Assembly: GCF_000018785.1 (NCBI RefSeq)
Contig: NC_010163.1
Coordinates: 1,170,001 to 1,202,000, forward strand
Origin: Acholeplasma laidlawii PG-8A
GTDB lineage: Bacteria > Bacillota_I > Bacilli_A > Acholeplasmatales > Acholeplasmataceae
Direction: 5' to 3'
DNA: 32,000 bases
Of the stretch, positions 27,043-32,000 are shown piece by piece. The notes beneath the pieces were generated by a model that was given only the letters and a program-made list of their open reading frames with translations, did not search any database and had not been told where the DNA came from. Positions within the stretch are counted from its first letter, which is position 1, and each line of letters begins with the position of its first letter. The translations under genes were made by a program, and so were the position numbers.

Positions 27043-27588
27043 TCAATACATAATGTTGTTAATAAGCGATTTAGATAATGCTTCATCTTGATTTTTCTTA
27101 ATAATTTGATATACAAATTCAATTACAGCCCCTGCTGATCTTGCAGTGATAATTCTAGGTGTAACTACAACTTTTTTAGAAGCTAAGTAATGCCCTAATT
27201 TAGCATCTTCTTCGGAGCCCGGAAAGGCTGTAAAGTCTAGGTTGTCTAAGAGTCCTAATCGGCCTAAAAAGCGTGGTGCAGCACAGATTGCATAGATATC
27301 CTTATCTTCTCTTTTAAATGCTTTAATTAGGTCATATATATAGTCTGCATGATCAATCACTTTAGCTACATAGCCACCACCAGGTATGATTAAAAATTGA
27401 TAATTGGATAGCTTAATATCATGTAAATGGTAATCTGCTTTAACAGTGATACCAAAACCCGTTTTCACATATAAATCAGGTTCTTTAGTTACAGAATCTA
27501 TGTGCATCCCTGCACGTCTTAATAAAGCTAAAGTAGATAGTGCTTCATTATCTTCCATACCGTGTGAAAAAATGATGAGACCTTTCAT
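27043..27588 (-). CDS. DJ-1/PfpI family protein
   Basis: 181 aa; GLIIFSHGMEDNEALSTLALLRRAG..., nucleophile-elbow region YAICAAPRFLG. Confidence 0.8.
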   Translation of the reverse strand: MKGLIIFSHGMEDNEALSTLALLRRAGMHIDSVTKEPDLYVKTGFGITVKADYHLHDIKLSNYQFLIIPGGGYVAKVIDHADYIYDLIKAFKREDKDIYAICAAPRFLGRLGLLDNLDFTAFPGSEEDAKLGHYLASKKVVVTPRIITARSAGAVIEFVYQIIKKNQDEALSKSLINNIMY

Positions 27589-27589
27589 A

Positions 27590-28219
27590 TTAAATCACCT
27601 CTAATACTTGATCGAGTGCATCAATTAAAGCATTAGATAGTTCTGTTTCACTTTTTTTGTATACTTCCATTTGGTCATGACTACCTAATACATCGGATAC
27701 TACTTTAATAGCTAATACAGGATATTTGTAGCTATGCGCTACTTGATAAATACTTGCACCTTCCATATCCACGATATATGAATTTGGATTAATTGGTTTT
27801 GTAGAGAATATATCACCTGTGTATAATCTGATTTGATTGAAATCTTCTAATTTATTTAGTATTTTAGTATCTGTAAAATAGAGTGTTGGATATTTAGGAA
27901 TTTGTCCATATTCATAGTTAAATATCGTTAAATCCACATCATGGTAAGTGACCTCAGATACCAGGTATGTATCATAAAGATTCACCTTATGTCCACCAAC
28001 GATACCAAGATTGATTATAAATCTAGTTTCAGGATGCAATGTTAAGATATGTGATAGTGCACTAGATGCATTTGTTTTACCAATGCCAGAAATGATAAGC
28101 ATCACATCTTGTCCCTGGTATTTACCCTCATATATGTTATAAGGGTGTGTTGATTTTAAGTTTAAATTGGAAGTAAGTACTTCTACTTCAGATAGCATCG
28201 CTGCAATAATAACTATCAT
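27590..28219 (-). CDS. mtnN: 5'-methylthioadenosine/S-adenosylhomocysteine nucleosidase family
   Basis: 209 aa; MIVIIAAMLSEVE, VMLIISGIGKTNASSAL, INLGIVGG, VDMEGASIYQVAHSYKYPVLAIKVVSD. Confidence 0.88.
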   Translation of the reverse strand: MIVIIAAMLSEVEVLTSNLNLKSTHPYNIYEGKYQGQDVMLIISGIGKTNASSALSHILTLHPETRFIINLGIVGGHKVNLYDTYLVSEVTYHDVDLTIFNYEYGQIPKYPTLYFTDTKILNKLEDFNQIRLYTGDIFSTKPINPNSYIVDMEGASIYQVAHSYKYPVLAIKVVSDVLGSHDQMEVYKKSETELSNALIDALDQVLEVI

Positions 28220-28839
28220 ATAGACTCCTTTACAGTTTTAAGCATGTTGACAATGACATCCACTGCTGCACTGTGTTTATCATCATTAGGTATGATGATA
28301 TCAGCATAACGTTTGGTTGGTTTTACAAATTTGTGGTACATTGGCTTAACCGTAGTTATATATTGATTGATGACTGATTGCATCGTACGTCCTCTATCTT
28401 TAACATCTCTTGAAAGACGTCTAATAAAACGGATATCATCATCTAATTCTACGTAGAGTTTTAAATCAGCAAGGTCACGAATAGAATCATCTACTAAACT
28501 TAAAATACCTTCAAGTATAATAATTGGTTTGGATTCTACTTCTTCAATCACTTCACTTCTTGTGTAGTTACTATAATCATATGTAGGTTTATGAATTGTT
28601 TTTCCTTCAAGTAACATTAAGATATCTTTCTTTAATAGTTCAATATCAATACTTTTAGGATGATCATAGTTCATGAGTACTCGCTCGTGCATTGGAAGTT
28701 CATTTTGATCTAAGTAATAGTCATCTTGATTGATGACTAATACATGCTGAATGCCTGCTTTTTCTAATATGGACTTAACAACTGTTGACTTACCAGAGGC
28801 TGAACCGCCTGCTACAATCATAAAAAATGGTTTTTTCAT
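28216..28839 (-). CDS. udk: Uridine kinase
   Basis: 207 aa; Walker A GGSASGKSTV, NQDDYYLDQNELP, NYDHPKSIDIELL; start overlaps mtnN by 4 nt. Confidence 0.92.
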   Translation of the reverse strand: MKKPFFMIVAGGSASGKSTVVKSILEKAGIQHVLVINQDDYYLDQNELPMHERVLMNYDHPKSIDIELLKKDILMLLEGKTIHKPTYDYSNYTRSEVIEEVESKPIIILEGILSLVDDSIRDLADLKLYVELDDDIRFIRRLSRDVKDRGRTMQSVINQYITTVKPMYHKFVKPTKRYADIIIPNDDKHSAAVDVIVNMLKTVKESI

Positions 28840-28851
28840 ATATTTTTCCTA

Positions 28852-29157
28852 TCAATTAAAGATATCTTCTTGAGGGAATTCATCTAGATTTAGTAATACT
28901 AATATATCATTTAAACTGTTAAATGAACCTAAAACATTACCATCTGAATCTCTTAACTCATACCTAACTTGGTTATTGTAATATCTATTATAGTTAAGTT
29001 TTGAATAAATTACGTATGATTTTCCATTCACCTTAAATTTCTTTATCGGTTCATGATTTCTCTTTCTAATTTTTAGAGTATTAGTGATACTTACAACAAC
29101 AACTATAATAAACACGATAAAAAAGATTGTAAAAAACCCTGAAAAAAATGGTGGCAT
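28852..29157 (-). CDS. Hypothetical single-pass membrane protein
   Basis: 101 aa; N-terminal TM FFTIFFIVFIIVVVVSIT; 13 nt upstream of udk. Confidence 0.6.
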   Translation of the reverse strand: MPPFFSGFFTIFFIVFIIVVVVSITNTLKIRKRNHEPIKKFKVNGKSYVIYSKLNYNRYYNNQVRYELRDSDGNVLGSFNSLNDILVLLNLDEFPQEDIFN

Positions 29158-29302
29158 GTGAATTCTCCTTCAAATATTTTCTCATTACTATTATATATGA
29201 AATCATCATAAATAGGTGTGAAACTATATAATTAATCAAATTTCCCATGATTATTTAAATTTATTTTATAATAGTATTAAAGTAAAAAAATGAGGTAAGA
29301 CT

Positions 29303-30049
29303 ATGGTAAAAGCAATCCAAAGAATGGAAAAGTTAGCAGAAAAATTAAAAAGCTATAAAGATTGTCAATGTTTATTAGGATTAGGCAGTATGTCTCAGGT
29401 TAGACGTGCTGATAATTACTCGGATATGGATTTCTTCTTAATTGTAAAAGAAGGTTCTAAACAGTCATTTTTAGAGGATTTGAAATGGTTAAGTGTAAGA
29501 CCACTTGTTTACATCTTTAAGAATACTATGGATGGTTATAAAGTGTTATTTGATGATGGTGTATTTGCTGAATTTGCAGTATTTACAGAAAAAGAAATAG
29601 TTGATGCACACTTTACTAGAGGCATCGTCTACTATAAAACAAATGATTTTGATGTATCACTTGTTGCACCAAATAATATGCCAAAGAAGAAAGTAATTGA
29701 CAAAAATTACCACTTAAATGAAGCTCTAACAAATATTTATATTGGTTTAAATAGGTTACATCGAGGCGAGATTTCTAGTGCTACAACCTTTATTCAAAAC
29801 CATGCATTCGATAATATTTTACGCCTATTTGACAGTATTTTTAAGAAATTGGATGACTATTTTGACCCTTATGTCTATGAAAGACGCATTGAATTTAAAT
29901 ACACTGAAGCAGCAGATCTACTTCCTAAATTCAGACAAGGATATGATAAAAATAAGGAATCTGCGCATGAAATGTTGAAGTTTTTAGTTGAAAACTTTGA
30001 AATTAACCCTTATTTATTAGATAAAATCAATGAATTACTCCATATTTAG
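29303..30049 (+). CDS. Nucleotidyltransferase-fold protein (aminoglycoside/lincosamide nucleotidyltransferase-like)
   Basis: 248 aa; motif GLGSMSQVRRADNYSDMDFFLIV (GS...R.D.YSD.D). Confidence 0.65.
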   Translation: MVKAIQRMEKLAEKLKSYKDCQCLLGLGSMSQVRRADNYSDMDFFLIVKEGSKQSFLEDLKWLSVRPLVYIFKNTMDGYKVLFDDGVFAEFAVFTEKEIVDAHFTRGIVYYKTNDFDVSLVAPNNMPKKKVIDKNYHLNEALTNIYIGLNRLHRGEISSATTFIQNHAFDNILRLFDSIFKKLDDYFDPYVYERRIEFKYTEAADLLPKFRQGYDKNKESAHEMLKFLVENFEINPYLLDKINELLHI

Positions 30050-30056
30050 ACAAATA

Positions 30057-30085
30057 AAAAACTCACAGTTCATGTGAGTTTTAAT
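30057..30085 (+). terminator. Intrinsic terminator after the nucleotidyltransferase-like gene
   Basis: AACTCAC-agttcat-GTGAGTT-ttaattt. Confidence 0.75.
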
Positions 30086-30100
30086 TTATAAAAAAAGTGG

Positions 30101-30174
30101 CGCCCACTGCTGGACTCGAACCAGCGACCCCCTGATTAACAGTCAGGTGCTCTAACCAACTGAGCTAAGTAGGC
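30101..30174 (-). tRNA. tRNA-Asn (GTT)
   Basis: GCCTACTTAGCTCAGTTGGTTAGAGCACCTGACTGTTAATCAGGGGGTCGCTGGTTCGAGTCCAGCAGTGGGCG, followed by CCA. Confidence 0.95.
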
Positions 30175-30233
30175 TTACAATTGATAATTCATGGGTGACA
30201 CTAAGCTACATATAAAATATTTAAGAAAGTAAA

Positions 30234-30346
<113 letters not shown>

Positions 30347-30411
30347 CATAATGCTCTCAAAACTAGATAAATGATTTTCTCTGAAAAGAATGTGATGCGA
30401 ATCATCACGAA

Positions 30412-32000
<1,589 letters not shown>

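Overview
AT-rich window. ORFs translate cleanly with UGA as stop, and ClpB lacks its N-domain, so the source is probably Acholeplasma-like (inference). (1) Positions 1 to ~13.13 kb are a single minus-strand reading frame of at least 4,376 codons, open at the left window edge and absent from the ORF track. It encodes a giant signal-anchored surface-type protein with many GLUG-like repeats and C-terminal InlB B-repeat/Flg_new-like repeats. (2) Directly upstream on the same strand is what I read as a c-di-GMP-I (GEMM) riboswitch: consensus-like promoter, aptamer with a GAAA-capped helix, a U-tract hairpin, then a TTG start 28 nt later. The window also encodes a GGDEF-EAL protein with a degenerate GGDEF motif and an apparently complete EAL motif set. 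Together these suggest a c-di-GMP-controlled giant surface protein, the best candidate system here. (3) The rest is mostly core genome: AraC/GyrI-like regulator, tRNA-Cys, trhO, clpB behind a CIRCE-like element and near-perfect sigma-A promoter, ppx/gppA, three SHOCT-like small membrane proteins, an AlkD-like protein, copA/copZ behind a CsoR-like operator, four more tRNAs (Gly, Pro, Arg, Glu), pfpI-like, mtnN, udk, a nucleotidyltransferase-like protein, tRNA-Asn, 5S rRNA and the 3' part of 23S rRNA.
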